A program made the position numbers and the translations under genes. Below the pieces are notes generated by a model. The model did not search any database. It was not told where the DNA came from and saw only the letters and a program-made list of their open reading frames with translations. 64,000 nt of DNA, from assembly GCA_002633005.1 (NCBI GenBank), contig NMRA01000428.1:83335-147334 (forward strand). The letters are read 5' to 3'. This stretch comes from Phoronis australis. Taxonomy: Eukaryota; Animalia; Phoronida. Shown here in pieces: positions 1 to 16,100 of the stretch (the stretch's first letter is position 1; the number at the start of each line of letters is the position of its first letter).

Positions 1-424
1 TTTATTAAATTTAGTAATTGTATTGATGTGAAGCTAACAACAGACGACGACGTTTTTCAGGCAGATCCTATGAATGCTGTGCCCCATAGTGGCAATTTTA
101 TTTTTTTTTGTTTCTCTGAAGTTCGTTGACGGATTTTTATGAAATTTGGTAAATAGCGTTGAGGCATTATCCCGTTTTCAGGTGATTGGATGTTTTTTGT
201 GCCATCTAGTGGTGGTGCATTCGTGGGCGCATTTCAACGCTCCGTGTTGCTCTTGTTTCCAATCTCAATAGCTGCTTCCTGAAATAAAATTCCACGCAGC
301 ACATCCTCTGATTCTGCGTTATTTACCCTTAATGCATTGGTACACTCGTGCCCTGCTTATTACCAATCTATTTTTAATTAAGGTTTTGTAATTAAGCATC
401 TTGATGCCTAAAGCTTTTGTGTTG

Positions 425-616
425 CATACTATGTAGCAATACGGACATACTATGTAGCAATACGGACATACTATGTTGCAATACGGACATACTATGTAGC
501 AATACGAACATACTATGTAGCAATACGAACATACTATGTAGCAATACGGACATACTATGTAGCAATACGGACATACTATGTAGCAATACGGACATACTAT
601 GTAGTAATATGGACAT
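425..616. repeat. 21-bp minisatellite, ~9 copies
   Basis: CATACTATGTAGCAATACGGA. Confidence 0.95.
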
Positions 617-980
617 CAAAAAATGAAAAGCTGTGGAGGCACAATGACACGACTAAGCTTTGAAGTGTTTCAGGTGTTTTAACTGCTTAATTGAAAATTA
701 GGCTTCACATTAAATGCAGATTTCTATCTCGTCCATAGATAAGGAGAGCCAAACCTGGGATGCGGGAATAGTTAACAGACCCATGGGCTAATACTCAGAT
801 GGAGGCCCTAACAATAACATATTATAGTAATAATGGTAATAATTCTAACAATTAAAAAATAACTGTTAACATAGTGAAGATTAACTTGCTAGTGGCTGTG
901 TAACATGATTGGCCCATCGAAATATACAATACTGGAATTGCTTATAAAAAATAAAAAATAAAATTTCCGCTGCTTTTCAG

Positions 981-1172
981 AATCGACTTGTGACCAGAAG
1001 TTATCTGACCTTAAGAAGAAAACAACCTCCGACGCCGATGCTGTGGCCAAGAATAAGTTCGGCTCCAATAAGATGAAATTGGAGCCAGGCTCGTGTATGA
1101 AGGTGAAACTAGAAGTGGAGGGACAGAACCATCTGCGTGCCAACCTTGAAGAGAGGGAGCTGTGCGTAAAAC
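981..1172 (+). CDS. Gene 1 exon (STCDQKLSDLKK...RELCVK)
   Basis: ttttcag acceptor, gtaag donor, open frame, phase 1-1. Confidence 0.75.
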
Positions 1173-4100
1173 GTAAGACATAGCCTTGTGAATTCTTTGA
1201 CCAGACCCGGGGTTTAATCTTTTTACTCAAAATTGCAGATTTCTAACCTCTGTGCTTGAAACTCGACTGTAGGGGCCAGGTTTAATCTTTGTACTCAGAA
1301 TTGAACTCTAATTTTTTTGGCATTTTCTTTTCTGCTTTTGTTCGAACTCAAAATAAATGTTCTGTGCTTGAGTTCATGTCGTTTTCATTCTAGTTTGCAC
1401 TCATATTTCTAAGACCATAATGTACCTGAGCACAGAATAATAATTATTTTGAGTTTGCAAATGCAAAAAATAATTTCAAGTTCGATTTCAAGTACAAAGA
1501 TTAGTCCCTGGAACCAGACGTAGATGTCTGTTATTGACATTTGCCTATTTTGAGTTGGATCCACTTAAAATTACGCTGCCTAGCAGCATTTTAACCTTTC
1601 CTTCTGCCTATCTTTCTTTGAAACACTTCAATGATTTTAATAGATGAAACACAGTTTTGATGCTTTGGCAATAGGTTGGTATCTATCAATTTCCAGAGCA
1701 TTTGATGCAACCCCAGGGGCAGATCCAGGATTTTTATTTAGGGGGGGGNNNNNNNNNNNNNNNNNNNNNNNNNNNNNNNNNNNNNNNNNNNNNNNNNNNN
1801 NNNNNNNNNNNNNNNNNNNNNNNNNNNNNNNNNNNNNNNNNNNNNNNNNNNNNNNNNNNNNNNNNNNNNNNNNNNNNNNNNNNNNNNNNNNNNNNNNNNN
1901 NNNNNNNNNNNNNNNNNNNNNNNNNNNNNNNNNNNNNNNNNNNNNNNNNNNNNNNNNNNNNNNNNNNNNNNNNNNNNNNNNNNNNNNNNNNNNNNNNNNN
2001 NNNNNNNNNNNNNNNNNNNNNNNNNNNNNNNNNNNNNNNNNNNNNNNNNNNNNNNNNNNNNNNNNNNNNNNNNNNNNNNNNNNNNNNNNNNNNNNNNNNN
2101 NNNNNNNNNNNNNNNNNNNNNNNNNNNNNNNNNNNNNNNNNNNNNNNNNNNNNNNNNNNNNNNNNNNNNNNNNNNNNNNNNNNNNNNNNNNNNNNNNNNN
2201 NNNNNNNNNNNNNNNNNNNNNNNNNNNNNNNNNNNNNNNNNNNNNNNNNNNNNNNNNNNNNNNNNNNNNNNNNNNNNNNNNNNNNNNNNNNNNNNNNNNN
2301 NNNNNNNNNNNNNNNNNNNNNNNNNNNNNNNNNNNNNNNNNNNNNNNNNNNNNNNNNNNNNNNNNNNNNNNNNNNNNNNNNNNNNNNNNNNNNNNNNNNN
2401 NNNNNNNNNNNNNNNNNNNNNNNNNNNNNNNNNNNNNNNNNNNNNNNNNNNNNNNNNNNNNNNNNNNNNNNNNNNNNNNNNNNNNNNNNNNNNNNNNNNN
2501 NNNNNNNNNNNNNNNNNNNNNNNNNNNNNNNNNNNNNNNNNNNNNNNNNNNNNNNNNNNNNNNNNNNNNNNNNNNNNNNNNNNNNNNNNNNNNNNNNNNN
2601 NNNNNNNNNNNNNNNNNNNNNNNNNNNNNNNNNNNNNNNNNNNNNNNNNNNNNNNNNNNNNNNNNNNNNNNNNNNNNNNNNNNNNNNNNNNNNNNNNNNN
2701 NNNNNNNNNNNNNNNNNNNNNTGTAGTAAGAGATATTAATTAAGTGTTACCATGGTATAGGCTGTAGTAAGAGATATTAATTAAGTGTTACCATGGTATA
2801 GGCTGTAGTAAGAGATATTAATTAAGTGTTACCATGGTATAGGCTGTAGTAAGAGATATTAATTAAGTGTTACCATGGTATAGGATGTAGTAAGAGATAT
2901 TAATTAAGTGTTACCATGGTATAGGCTGTAGTAAGAGATATTAATTATTAAGTGTTACCATGGTATAGGATGTAGTAAGAGATATTAATTAAGTGTTACC
3001 ATGGTATAGGATGTAGTAAGAGATATTAATTAAGTGTTACCTTGGTATATGATGTAGTAAGAGATATTAATTAAGTGTTACCTTGGTATATGATGTAGTA
3101 AGAGATATTAATTAAACTGATTTAATTTGTAAACTCAATTAATTAGAAATTATCAAATACTGAGGAAACGCAATTTCAAACATTTAGTTATGGTTTGAAT
3201 TTCTATTAAAAGTTTGTTGTATGACAACAATTGAAGCATATTTCAGAGATTGTTGTTTTTTCAGGAGCTTCAGACAAGTCTGCTTCTCTTGGTTCATCCA
3301 AGAAGACATTCAACATAGCTGGTGGACAAATAACAGGCTCAGGTAATTTGCTGAAGATACAGTGACTGTCATAGTTTCTTCCAACCAATGGATTCGTGCG
3401 AATTTCCCGGTTCCAACGACTTGCACAGTAGCTAACGTGAAGTTTGTAACACGTTTGCGCTGCCGCCGTGCATTCATGGGGTTAGGGAAAGCAATCTTAG
3501 AGATCTACAAAACCATTGATATGGTTGTGGGCTTGCTTTGCTAAATGGCTTACAACTGGTGCATTCCTGATTTGCTGCCTTGAGAAGCCCATTGGTCAAA
3601 AAATCATATCTACGTTGTCCGCAGTGGTTTGTAAGGACATCTGTGGTCAAGTCTTTATAAAGTGAACCACAATTAGTCAAACTTAATTATTAAATAAATG
3701 CATCACCTTATTGGAAATTTAATTCTAAGCTTGAATTTTGTTGCTTTCTTGTAAACTATTTCTCAATTCTTAATGAATACTGAATGAATGCCATATTTCA
3801 CGTGAATGGCCTTCAGCCCTCATTACTCCTATATAATACTTACAAGTAAGATATCTCTGACTTGTTAAATATTTTGAAAATTAAGCTTTTTGGGCTTCAC
3901 ACATTTCTCATTTCTGAATTCTAAGCTTGGAAAACACTCATTGCAAGCTTTGCTTCTGCAAGATTAAGAAAGATGTCTGGTCAGAAAGTATATGCTGAAT
4001 GTCTCTTGAAATCTATCACCAAGCAAGACTAATTGTGCGGGTCAGTAGGTATATACAAACTGAATGTCTGTTGAAATCCATCACCAAACAAAACTTATTT

Positions 4101-7100
4101 ACGTGATAACCAAATATCTAAATAAACATATCATTAATTGTTGAGACAATGTGACAAAGTACAAGTGCACTTTTGTTTCCTGGGTGTTTATGTAATTGCA
4201 GTGAATTAGCGGTTTGCTTATGAGCGCATGAACCCGACCTTCTCTTGCACTCACTGTCAAGAAGTTCTTGTTTTTGAACCCGTCTTAAATTAAGCATTTT
4301 TCATGCTTGTGCTCGTTCTGCATCAAGTTGAAACATGTTATCATCTACTATATTATAGCGTAGAAATCAAGATGCTTTTAAAATATTATTCTTGGATTCA
4401 CACATGAAGACAGTCATGTGTTTCTCACATATATACACCCAATTCTTTCCATGGTCACAGTTTCACATAATGGTATAACACCAAATCCAAAATTGGAGAA
4501 AGTGTTCCACAGAACATTAAAATTTGAATCATTACAAATTCCTCATTCTCAGAATGACTGACTGTCAGTCATGCTGTCAACAATTTTTAAAGTGACAATA
4601 ATCTGCACAAAGACCTTCTCATACATGCACTGGCTACATAACAAAATTGATTCTACCAAATAAAATATAGTTTGCACATGGAGTCAAGCTGTAGTATAAG
4701 AGAATATTTGGCTGGTGGTAGCTAACACATCCAGTTTCAGACATTGAAATGCTATTATTTAGTGTTAAGCAATGACATTGCCCCAAAGGCACATTTAACC
4801 ATTAATTAAAGTTAGTCCCTTTGAAGATTAACACTTATTGCCTGTATTTCTAGAGGTTCTTTAATAATAATAATTATTATTATTATTATCATCTTTGTTG
4901 CTGTTTTCGTGAATTTCAAGTTGGTCCTCCACTATAATTGTTTTTCCTTAATTCCATCTGCAGGGAGTGGTGGTTTGCTGTATGGTGAGTTGTCAAAGGA
5001 TGACCTTGCTGCTGAATATGGTTCAGCGGCCACCGACGCCCCCAGTTATATTTATGACATGGAGAGTAACAAGAAGAATCGCGGTACACAGTCACGAAGG
5101 ATTATGTTCCGGTAAGTCAAAGAAATGGCCGCACACGTGTAATGGGTCGTACTCAAATGGTGGATGATATTGCAAAGCTGGGTGAGAGGATTAGATTACT
5201 GTCTGTTTTAGGGTCTCACTTTGGGTTGAGTGAAAAGTGTCTTGTTTTCTTGTAACGCTATACAAACCTATTTTGGTTGATATGAATTCAAAGTTTCAAG
5301 CTGGTGGTAGATGAGTATCGGTCTGATATCATTTAGATCATCGTTCATAGCAACAATCATGGAAATATTCTCTTGGATATTTATCATGATTGTTCAGTGA
5401 TAAGAAATCATTTTCAATGGATGGTCAACCTTGGATGAGAAATAATTTGAACCATTTATGTCATGCCTTTCCATATGATTTCATTGAAACCAGTCCATAT
5501 ACAAGAAATAAATCATGATCCCCCAAAATTCATACTGAACCCTGATCATGCATTGTTTAATTGGCTCGTGCTCATATAAAGTTTAGAAGGTGTTTCCCTA
5601 TGAATGGGACAACAGATGGCGTATTTCAAACTTATCCAACTACCAACTGACTGTGCCTCAAACTGATACATTTGCCACCTTGCATCAAACTTATGTACCA
5701 CTGTGCCTCTTAATGGCAATTTCATTTTTTATGATATAATGCGTTTGTGTCTTCGGAGTTCCTTGAGGGATTTTCGCGAAATTAGGACAAAAGGTTTCTA
5801 TTAAGGAGATGATGGCATCTTCCGATGTTTGGATGGGCTCAACATATTCAGCGCCACCTAGAGCCCACTTTTATGAAAGTAATAAAGACCCCTTCAAGCT
5901 TACTGTTTGCAGTGCTGTTGTGGGCATGTTTCAAGGCTTAGCGTAGCTTTTCTTGCCAAAAGTGTCAACAAAGACGGTATAATTGCTTTCCATATTAAAT
6001 TAACCAATTCAGCATCATATTTATATTTATACATATGCATGCACCCTTCGGTGAAAGAGCAAAGAATTGTGTTGATGAATGACATATAAAGATAATTAAC
6101 TATTACTTAAAATACGCTGCCTTCTGGCAGGGCAAGTACTTTTTTGAATGGTACAACTTACTGATTGTGGTCATTCAATCTGGTTTCCAAAGAATCACTT
6201 AAAAGTTAGACTCTGATCTCCATCAGATTTCCAAGCCGTTTTTATTTAAATCAACAGGATTTCTGACTGATACTTTTAAAATTCTCATTACAAAGCCAGA
6301 GTAGTTTTCAACGTAAACTTGACAGTGTTGAAATTCAACAAAGTTTTGCCTCACAAAAGCATGACTTAATATCCACAAGTTTCCTTTTAACTAAAGCCTA
6401 TTTCTTAAACGTCTTGATAAACTGTGGAAAAATTCCATACTTGGTATTGAAATTACGACAACTTATTGTGTTTGTCAATTCGCAAATAAGCAGTGAGCGG
6501 CTTTGTGCAATAACTTAACAATAAATTATGGCGAAATTGTGAGAGAGATGCTGCGTTATTGCCAAATGAATCTGGCAAGAAGATCGTAATAGATTGTCTA
6601 AATCAGGCAGAGTTCTGTCGAAGACTTCGACAGAACTCTGCCTTGTTTATTTTGAAAACTATATCATGATAAGTGACCAGAAACTTGACCTCTTGACTTT
6701 CCAATAACTAAAACAGCCCAAGGGTGTGTCCTTCACAAGTCAATGAGATTCGCCTTCTTAATACTGCCAATCAGTGTTGCATTGTTAGTCTTTTCTAAAG
6801 TTGTTTAGAATCACACAAAATGTCCAAATTTGGCTTAACTTGAACCATCATATCTCAGCAATGGCTGATTTGGCTAAACTTGAACCATCACATCTCAGCA
6901 ATGGCAGATTGGATTCATATGAAACTTTCATTTATCATGTTTTTGTGTCTTGTTCGCAAAATGCTTTTAGGGATTGTTCATGAAATTTTACAGTTTTGCA
7001 TGAGAGGCTGTCAAAAATTGGTCTTTTATGAAAACTTGTATAAATGGCAACGGAAGGTTTCAGGAACAGCGTGCATTAATCAGATGAAATTTGTTTGTGT

Positions 7101-10100
7101 TATTGATACTGCTGTTTTGTTGTGAATGTATCTCGAGCATTTTATTTTTTCCTAAATTTTACCATAATAACACTGTCACATTGCCCAATTAATGGCAGAT
7201 TAGTATAAGGGAAAAATCATGTTCTGCAGGTTTTCACTTTTCAGAAATTATACTGTACTTTTACTGAGTTTGTTGATAGTTTTCAAAATACACTAGCTTG
7301 TAAAAAATGTCCTATTACCTGAATTGAGACGAGTATTCTGCTGACAAGCTGTTAATTCAGTGGAATCGTATCGTATCTATTTTTTAATATTCCTCTTTTA
7401 TTGTTTATTTCAGTTTGAATACTGCTGTAAAGTCTATCTTTGTTGCTGGAACATCGGTGACTACGACAGACTTTTTGGAAGTTACCCTGCCTTTTGACAA
7501 CTCCACCTTGGCCCATGATGAGATACCAGCCATCCTTTATTATGATCCAGGTACTATTCTTAGTGTTTGCTGCATAACTCAAATATTCCAGTTGTTCCAA
7601 GTGGTAACATTTCCATTTGGACATTTCACATATTTCAAACCTAGAGAAACTGCACACAGTACTTACTACCACCAAAACCAATGATGAGTTATATCGCAAT
7701 GTTTTCACTGTGATTTTCTATTTTTACCTTTAGTTGCTGGAATGTTCAAGGAGTTGTGTGAGTCTTGCAACTCTTGCAGCAGGAATTACGTGACGCATGT
7801 TGACTGGCAGAAGAAAACAGTTTCAGACAGGGTATGTTATTTATTTGGAGGAGTACTTCATTTTTCAAAAGAATCAAGAAATTTTTTTCCTCAAAATTTG
7901 GTGAATTTTGTATGTAAGAATTTCCGAGTCAATATTCAAATGATTCTGTTCATTTTCCTTCTGGCTTTCCCCTCACCTTTTGCCATAATGATTACAAAAC
8001 CAGCTGGTAATTTTGACAAATTTTCTTCTTGTCCAAGCATAAAGCAAATTTGCCTGAATATATCTCGAACCATATGCACATTCCTAGGATGGCTCGTTGT
8101 CCTGCCACAGATCTGCCTTCTTACCCATAAGGCCACTTTCCCATGACTTATCTTCCTGCTTTCTTACAGTCTTGGTCATTATTTTTGTTTGAATGAGGAA
8201 ACTTTACTGTACACAAGATGAAGCTGAAGAGCTAGAGACCTGACTCAAGTGTCTAGCATTGAGGTCCAGTCGGATTTGATGTTACGACCTTGTGAACAGG
8301 AGGCAGACATTCAACACACTAGCCCACACACTTGCTTCTTGTGTTTGTGCTCATAGAAGTCAGCTAGTCAGCCAAATATCCTCAGATCCTGTATACTCCA
8401 GTTTAGACCAATATCCCAGTCTCAGACAGACAAATATACATAATACATGTATTGTAGGATCAATAAGGCCAAATGCATGCTATTATGTGGTGACATGGGT
8501 GTCATTACAGCGTTTTCCCCGTTGCTCCCAACTTGTTCGATTCTATAGCCTAACAACAAGTTTGGAAGAGCACCCCTGTAGCCAATATCTTACATGATTG
8601 ATTAAGTCCATTCTGGCATTTATGGTTGGAGGGCCAGCTCTCTTTTGTTCGATAATTGCTCTAATCTCCAGTAAGATCATATCTAGCCTGAATGGGATGT
8701 GCTGCTAAAAATAAAAGTTTAATAAGTTACAACATATTTGAACATAAACCAATAGCATTTCTGAAATCCTCGTCAAATGGTGATGATGTTTAGTTTTTGA
8801 ATTGCCAAAATTACCCAACTACAACCGAAGTTACAACAATCTGTTCTTTCCGAATGCACCAAAGAATTCGCTCTGGGTTTGACTGTGTTCACAAGTGGTC
8901 TGGTAGATAATTGTCCTGCCTGTTGTCATACCAGACAAAAGACTGTGCTTGGCAGTTAACAAAGAAGCTAGATGTTATCACACCATCACAACCTTCTACG
9001 TCTGGAAAAGTCACTGAATCAAAAAACGCCGTCATGTCATGAACTTGTGATGACAGGAACAGGTTCAAAGGTTCCCACAAAATTCAAGCTGATGGCCGGG
9101 AAGCTGTGAATCTTTGGCGTATGAGCTAGTTGGCGGGTCGCTTGGCAGTCGTTTTCATTAAATTTTCTTACACGGTGTAACATGTGAATGATTTGCGATT
9201 TCCTCAGCAGGAACTGAAGGAAATTCAAAGTTGGGTCATTTGTAGTCAATAAAAGCTGATATTAAATATGGGTCATGTGTAGTCAATGATAGGTTAATAA
9301 AACTAAATTTTGTCACATTTCAAGTAGTCTAATTATGAATAAAAAGGTCCAGTAAGCTGAAGTAGGAAATGTTGTGTAAACAAATGGTTGAGTAAGTTGA
9401 AAGAATAATTGGCACTGACATCAACTTGTGATTTGGCTCCTACTGTGAATTGGGCATCTTGGAAACTTGGTTTGGGCTGTCTTGCGTGTTTGCTATCAGT
9501 TGTTGATCTCTGCTTTCATCATTATTTGAATTGTCTATGTCTGCTTCAATTGAAGATAACCCTTATAACAAAACTGGAAATCCCAGAAGTGTTACACATG
9601 GTAAAGACAACAATGGAACAGTGAAGCAGTTATGTGTGGAACTTGTGGATCTTGAAGCATTATTTTAAATGTGCTTCTGTACCTTGACCTTACATACCTG
9701 TCAATTATCAGTTAACTGAGAAGCAAAGAGAATATACCCTACAGAGCTATGCAGGGGGTCATGCAACTCTTAAAAGTGAAGTTGTGTGAAAAATGAAACT
9801 GGTCACCATTTGGATGAGGGAGAAAACAAACACTGATGGAAAATCAAAACAAGTAAATTTTCAATGCTAATCAATCTGTTATGTCTGAAATAGTTCGAGG
9901 AGGGATGTCAGTGTCCAATCAGAAAACAGTCGAAAATGCCATCAATTTCGGACAAAAATAATTACCAAAATTGGACTTTAATTTTTTTTTAAAAAATTTC
10001 TATCAAAGAAGGAAACAATATTTTAAACGTGTGCAATCTCTCACAAACGTTGTCTGTAGGTACATGTAGGCAGGTATGTCATAGACCTTTAAGATAGTAA

Positions 10101-13100
10101 TACAAAAAATTAATGAAAACATAAAATGTTCACTTGTTGGTCATATTGTGTCCTAAGTTGATGAGACTTTACCATAAATGTTGAACGAACAAGTTGGTTT
10201 GGCTGAGAGACGGGTTGTTTGGTGAATGTACAACAGCGTATTTGCTCCTAATAGATGCTAGTAAGGTTACTTGTGGAAAGAAAAGGTTAGTTTTGAAAAA
10301 CAGATAATTTGAAAACCGGATGAGTGTTGAGGAGTGTTTTCCTATTTGAACCCCTTTCCTGCCCATAGGTGCAACGTAGTCTTAAGGGGTGCATCTTATA
10401 CTTCTAAGGTTTTAAAAAATATAGGTCACATGAAAAAACTCGTTTGATTTTTGTAATTGAACTTGGAACCTTTTCTAGAATTTCAGTTTGGTTCCTTTTC
10501 CATTGAATTTCCACAAGAAAGGATGTTGCTCCTGGTTTCATTCCCCACCAACTTTATTATGGAATTTCATCATAAAGGGAACCAAAGTAAAACTGGTCAT
10601 GAAAATCACGTCTGAACAGCATGTCTCATATTCCTGTGCTAAGGGAGTACACCCCCCCTAAGTGATTGATCCACTACCTCCTTCTAATATTGAGGGGTTG
10701 GTAGTGTTAAGGGTATTTTGCGTAATCATGAGAGAATAATGATGTTTTGAATGTTGATGGTAAAGCCTTGATCATGCCTGTCTTGAGTTGCTAACTGATA
10801 ATTATAATAACTGCCTTGTCTTCCTGCAACCTACGTGTACTGTCTTGTTACAAAGTTAAGGCAATTCATGTACCAAGTTCACTCGATGAAGTGTTTGGAA
10901 TTCATACCAAATGTTATTTTGTAGTCTGTGATGTGAAAATTTCAAATTACATAAAATTTTGCAATTAATAATTATTATGCCAATTTCTAATAGCTTGCCT
11001 GTTAATAACAACAATACAACCAGAGATTACTAATAAATAATGATAATCATAATCATTACGATGACAATAAAGCTAATTTTAATAACGACAATAATAATAG
11101 CCACTATGTTACTGAGTATTAGTGTTGTATGGTAAAAATTGTTACCAATTTAGAACACTCTGACATATTCAATTTTTAAAATTATTACATAACATAATCT
11201 GGCACTGAATAAATGTGTTGCCAGTTTAAGTTGTGTACTCTTAACTACTGCCAGACAATATGTTGAATACTTGTGGGAAAACAAGAAGGACGTATCTGGC
11301 CATTGCGCTTGTAGGATAGAATTATTGAGACTTTAATAACCATGAGCAATGTACTTTCTATGTAACACTGCTAAGGACAAAAATCTTAGTTAGTCTGTGG
11401 TGTGAGTCATTATGAAACATTGGTCTCACATATTGAGTCATTATGAAACATTGGTCTCACATATTGAGTCATTATGAAACATTGGTCTCACATATTGAGT
11501 CATTATGAAACATTGGTCTCACATATTGAAGAAAAAGAACACCACCTGCCTGCATCACTTTTAGTAAGTTCTCAACTTTTTTGTAAATACGGCAACAAAC
11601 AACTTTCTAAGCACATGCTGCCAGCCCCCCATTTTGGCCTTATTAATGTTTGTAATTTACCTTTCTCACTGAACTAACCTTGCTTTGTAAATGGAGGTGA
11701 ATAATGGATTATAAACTTGTCGAATTGTTTTATGTTTGACTGGTTCTTTTATGATGGAAAAGACAGTGGACCAGGTAGGTCAACGCCGCTGATCATTACC
11801 AAGAAAACAAGGCTCTTGCATGTGGTGAAAGGTCACTTATTATGACTACCAATAAGAAAAGGTATAACAATTTAGGATGTTAGTTTCATGTGTAAACCCC
11901 CTGAGGGAGAAGCCAGTTTTCATTCTGAATAAAACAGTTGAAGCATACTTTACTGAAAGACACAGTCTTAGTCTGAATAGAATTCTTACTTTGGAGGGTT
12001 GAGTACACTCTACACTTCAAACAACTGAATAGATGATAAGGGCTTGAATTGAATAAACTATTCACTTCAAACAATTGAATTGAAGATAAGGTCTTGTGCT
12101 CTTTTCTGTAGACCTTTCACTGAATTTCTATGGTCGCCTATTATACCTATTGTTAGCATGACTGTACATAAAAGCCCAGGCCAGGTTAGCATGCATAGCC
12201 ATTAGTGTCTAGGTGCAGGGGCTACAAGCTAGCTGGGAGTGGTAATGTAGGACTATGTGGAAGGCACAAGTTGCCCTTATACTAAGGGTTCTGCTGGTTG
12301 GTTTTATTGTATGCTGTGTGTAAATGATGTTATGAGTCTTGTCGTTCAGTTGTTTTTGTTATTTGGACATTTCGGGATAGTTAATACCAGTTTGACCNAG
12401 AAAAAGTATAACAATTTAGGATGTTAGTTTCATGTGTAAACCCCCTGAGGGAGATGCCAGTTTTCATTCTGAATAAAACAGTTGAAGCATACTTTACTGA
12501 AAGACACAGTCTTAGTCTGAATAGAATTCTTACTTCCCAGGGTTGAGTACACTCTACACTTCAAACAACTGAATAGATGATAAAGGCTTGAATTGAATAA
12601 ACTATTTACTTCAAACAATTGAATTGAAGATAAGGTCTTGTGCTCTTTTCTGTAGCCCTTTCACTGAATTTCTATGGTTGCCTATTATACCTATTGTTAG
12701 CATGACTGTACATAAAAGCCCAGGCCAGGTTAGCATGCATAGCCATTAGTGTCTAGGTGCAGGGGCTACAAGCTAGCTGGGAGTGGTAATGTAGGACTAT
12801 GTGGAAGGCACAAGTTGCCCTTATACTAAGGGTTCTGCTGGTTGGTTTTATTGTATGCTGTGTGTAAATGATGTTATGAGTCTTGTCGTTCAGTTGTTTT
12901 TGTTATTTGGACATTTCGGGATAGTTAATACCAGTTTGACCTCACTATGTTATGTGCTTGACTTGATTCGATCAGGTGATCAGCTATTCAAAATTAATTG
13001 TAACAGTGTAGTCAGTAGCAGCCCTCCAGTATAACACAAACTTGATGTAAAACACTTGGACCTCATGATATATACAATCTCTCATATTCTGTACAATGCA

Positions 13101-16100
13101 TGCTGGGACATGTGATATTGAAATAGTAGCTACTATAGGCTTGTTTGTTTGTAATGTGTATTGACTGTTTGTAGTGTGTATTGACTGTTTGCTTCACAGC
13201 CAAACACAGGAACATCAGAAATTGTACAAGAATGTGAGCGAGAGTACAGCAAGGTGTTTAACAGAAAGTCCAATAGTGTTTTCAATTAAGTTTGAATAAA
13301 TTCTGATAGAACAAAACCATTCCCAGATGCCTTTCACGGACATGAATTTTGTGTTGTCTGAATTTAGACATCCAAAATTTGCCTTAAGTTTTCACTGTTG
13401 TCCAAATATGGTCACCTATAGAAATTTATTGAAAAGTTTTCGTGAGTAGCCATGAGGAAAGGACTAGAACATTGTTTGTTGGTCTAGAAGCGTTACATGT
13501 TTACATCACCTGGGAAAGAGAAAAGCATAATTAGATATGTTCACTTGCGGTGAAATTGACGATTTTCTGACGGCCTGCCATTTTAGGACAAGCATAAATA
13601 TTTCCAAAAAGCGTTTTCCATGCATGGTCCAAAACTATTTTTCAATGATCCATGAATTTTGGTCAATGTCATTGTTTTTGTGTAGCAATAGACAGCAACG
13701 TGTCTGAGTTCGTCTGACTCTGTCTCATGTTTATTCAGATATTCGCTTGAGAAGTGCATTGATGTTCAAACTCAGTTCTAGCATGACGGGTATTCAACTG
13801 TTCATCTCATTCATAAAAGCAAAGGGTTGTGGTCATTAAAAATAACGATAGTTTGACCAGATAGGTTCATGCTGCAATGCCAAAACCAAAGCCAGTCTGC
13901 CTGCTGAGCATATTGGTGTCACTCAAGCCTGGGGGTGTAAATGATAATTAAGGAAGAATATCGGGTTGATGGTGTTGAGGTACAAATAGTTTTTCATTTC
14001 GATTTAAGACAGGATGTTAGACGCATAACAGTATGTTAGACGCATAACAGTACGTTAGACGCATAACAGTACGTTAGACGCATAACAGTACGTTAGACGC
14101 ATAACAGTACGTTAGACGCATAACAGTACGTTAGACGCATAACAGTACGTTAGACGCATAACAGTATGTTAGACGCATAACAGTATGTTAGCTGTTTCAA
14201 CAATATGCACTGCACAATTGTTATGGACAAACATGGCAGGACAGAAATCAGATCATATTATACAAAATTTTCTGATTATGGAAAAATGCTTTTGGACTTT
14301 GTACACATTTTGTGGACCTCCAAAAAGATATTGTGGATAAATGTTGTTGCTATTATTCTTGTCCCAAAATCGCTCCAGTCCAAACAATATGATAGATTTT
14401 ATTGTAGAATATGTTATATATTGGCTTTTTGTGAGCTCACATATTTATATTTGGTTCATTTGTCCGGTGTCTGCTTTGTTCTATTTCCAAAACCCTTTGA
14501 TGTATGTTCGTGAACTTTTGCAGGAGATGGAACGACTGGAGCCAATTTTCGGACAGGCCCCCTAGTGACATTTTTTTTTCTTAGTTAACCTCTGCAGCTT
14601 GAATTAGGTCTTCAATTATTTTCATAAAATTTATCATTTGGTACTGATACTTGTAAGCTTCTAGTACCTGAGTTCACATTTTCTGTTATAGATCTGTTCA
14701 ACTTGGACACAGGTAAACAGTAGTTCATCATCGTCAACTCGCCGCAAGAGAAGTGCTCCTGCTGGAAACCTTGACCCAACTCAGTTAACTCAAGGAAATG
14801 TGAAGCGCCAACCATTCAATGCTAAACCATACTTGACGAATGTACAGGTAGAAGAAATTGCTTTTTAGCTATATCATAAATAGCCTATCTAGATTAATTG
14901 TTGAAAATTTTAACAAAATTTTACTTGCTAGTGTAACGGTGCAGACTCCTTCAAACCATCTTCCCTTTCACCCATGATTAACTCATCTAATTGTGCGTAA
15001 CTGCCATCTGTGGAATTATTGAGACATTGCATGTGAGAACATTTTGGACAGATACGTGTGTCTTTACGCATCTCCACACTGTGTACCAGTTAGCAGTTGA
15101 ACATTTCTAAAATTTCATGCAAGTACCTTGAGAGAAAAATGAAATGTTCCACTCTCCCTAACTTAAAAATTTTTTGCATTTTCTTTTGGCTGCGGACATG
15201 TTAAATGTTGTGGTCTTCCTGGTGTTTCTTGAATATCGGACTGGCATTTTATTCCATATTTCCAAAATATGACAAGCTCTGGCCTTGAGCAAAGTAGGAT
15301 TTCTGTCACTAATTGAAAACTTTTTTCTGGAGTCGTTTTTTAAATCGATTGCTTTACAATGTGAATTGAACTCATGACTATTTTAATATACAGAGTTATT
15401 TTCTCAAAACAGGCCCCAAACTTCTGCTAAGAGTATTTTCCTGCTTGACCTTGTTTGCGTTTTTTCAGAAGTGTGACAATTAAGAGTTTAAAGCGTAAAT
15501 CAGTGCATTTTACTTGATTTGGAACGGTGCATCAAGCTTTGCTTTGATGTGATGGCAGAAATTTCCAGCACCACAATAAAAGTGCTTGGAATTGTAATTA
15601 TGTCTCAATTTAACTTGGCCGTTTGTATACATTATTTTACGCCCCCTGGTGCTTTATCAGGCTAAACATGTACGTGTAGATTACTGTCGGGAAAATCACT
15701 GGGACCCCTCCACTAACATTAGCTGTGGAAATGCTCAGCATCAGCCTGAGCTCAACATCCATAAAATTTGGCGTCTGCAATTTTGCGTCTGTTGGAAAAA
15801 ACAGCAAAAGTTTTGGTCTTGTTTCTGGATAGTCACTCTGTATCACTCAGTCGGTTACTCCCACAGAACCCGTTCAAAGTGTTCGAAGACTTCCCTGCCA
15901 CATTCACACTGCTCTACGATGACACCGAGGGGGACCGTATCCAGGTCAACATCACCAACCAGCCACCCCATGGCAAGGCTTCAGTGTCAGGCTGCTGCAC
16001 TATTCACTACACTCCATACAAGGACTTTGCTTCCAATGACATAATCAACGTAACACTGACTGAGATCAACTTGCCAGATGGTAAGCTACCTGGCAATAAT

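Noticed and set aside
1644-2739. 345-360 aa ORFs
   Set aside because: Artefacts of translating the N gap.
13200-13253. Possible phase-0 cassette exon (PNTGTSEIVQECEREYSK) in gene 1
   Set aside because: Weak donor (gtgttt); not needed for frame and would interrupt the DR|ICST junction.
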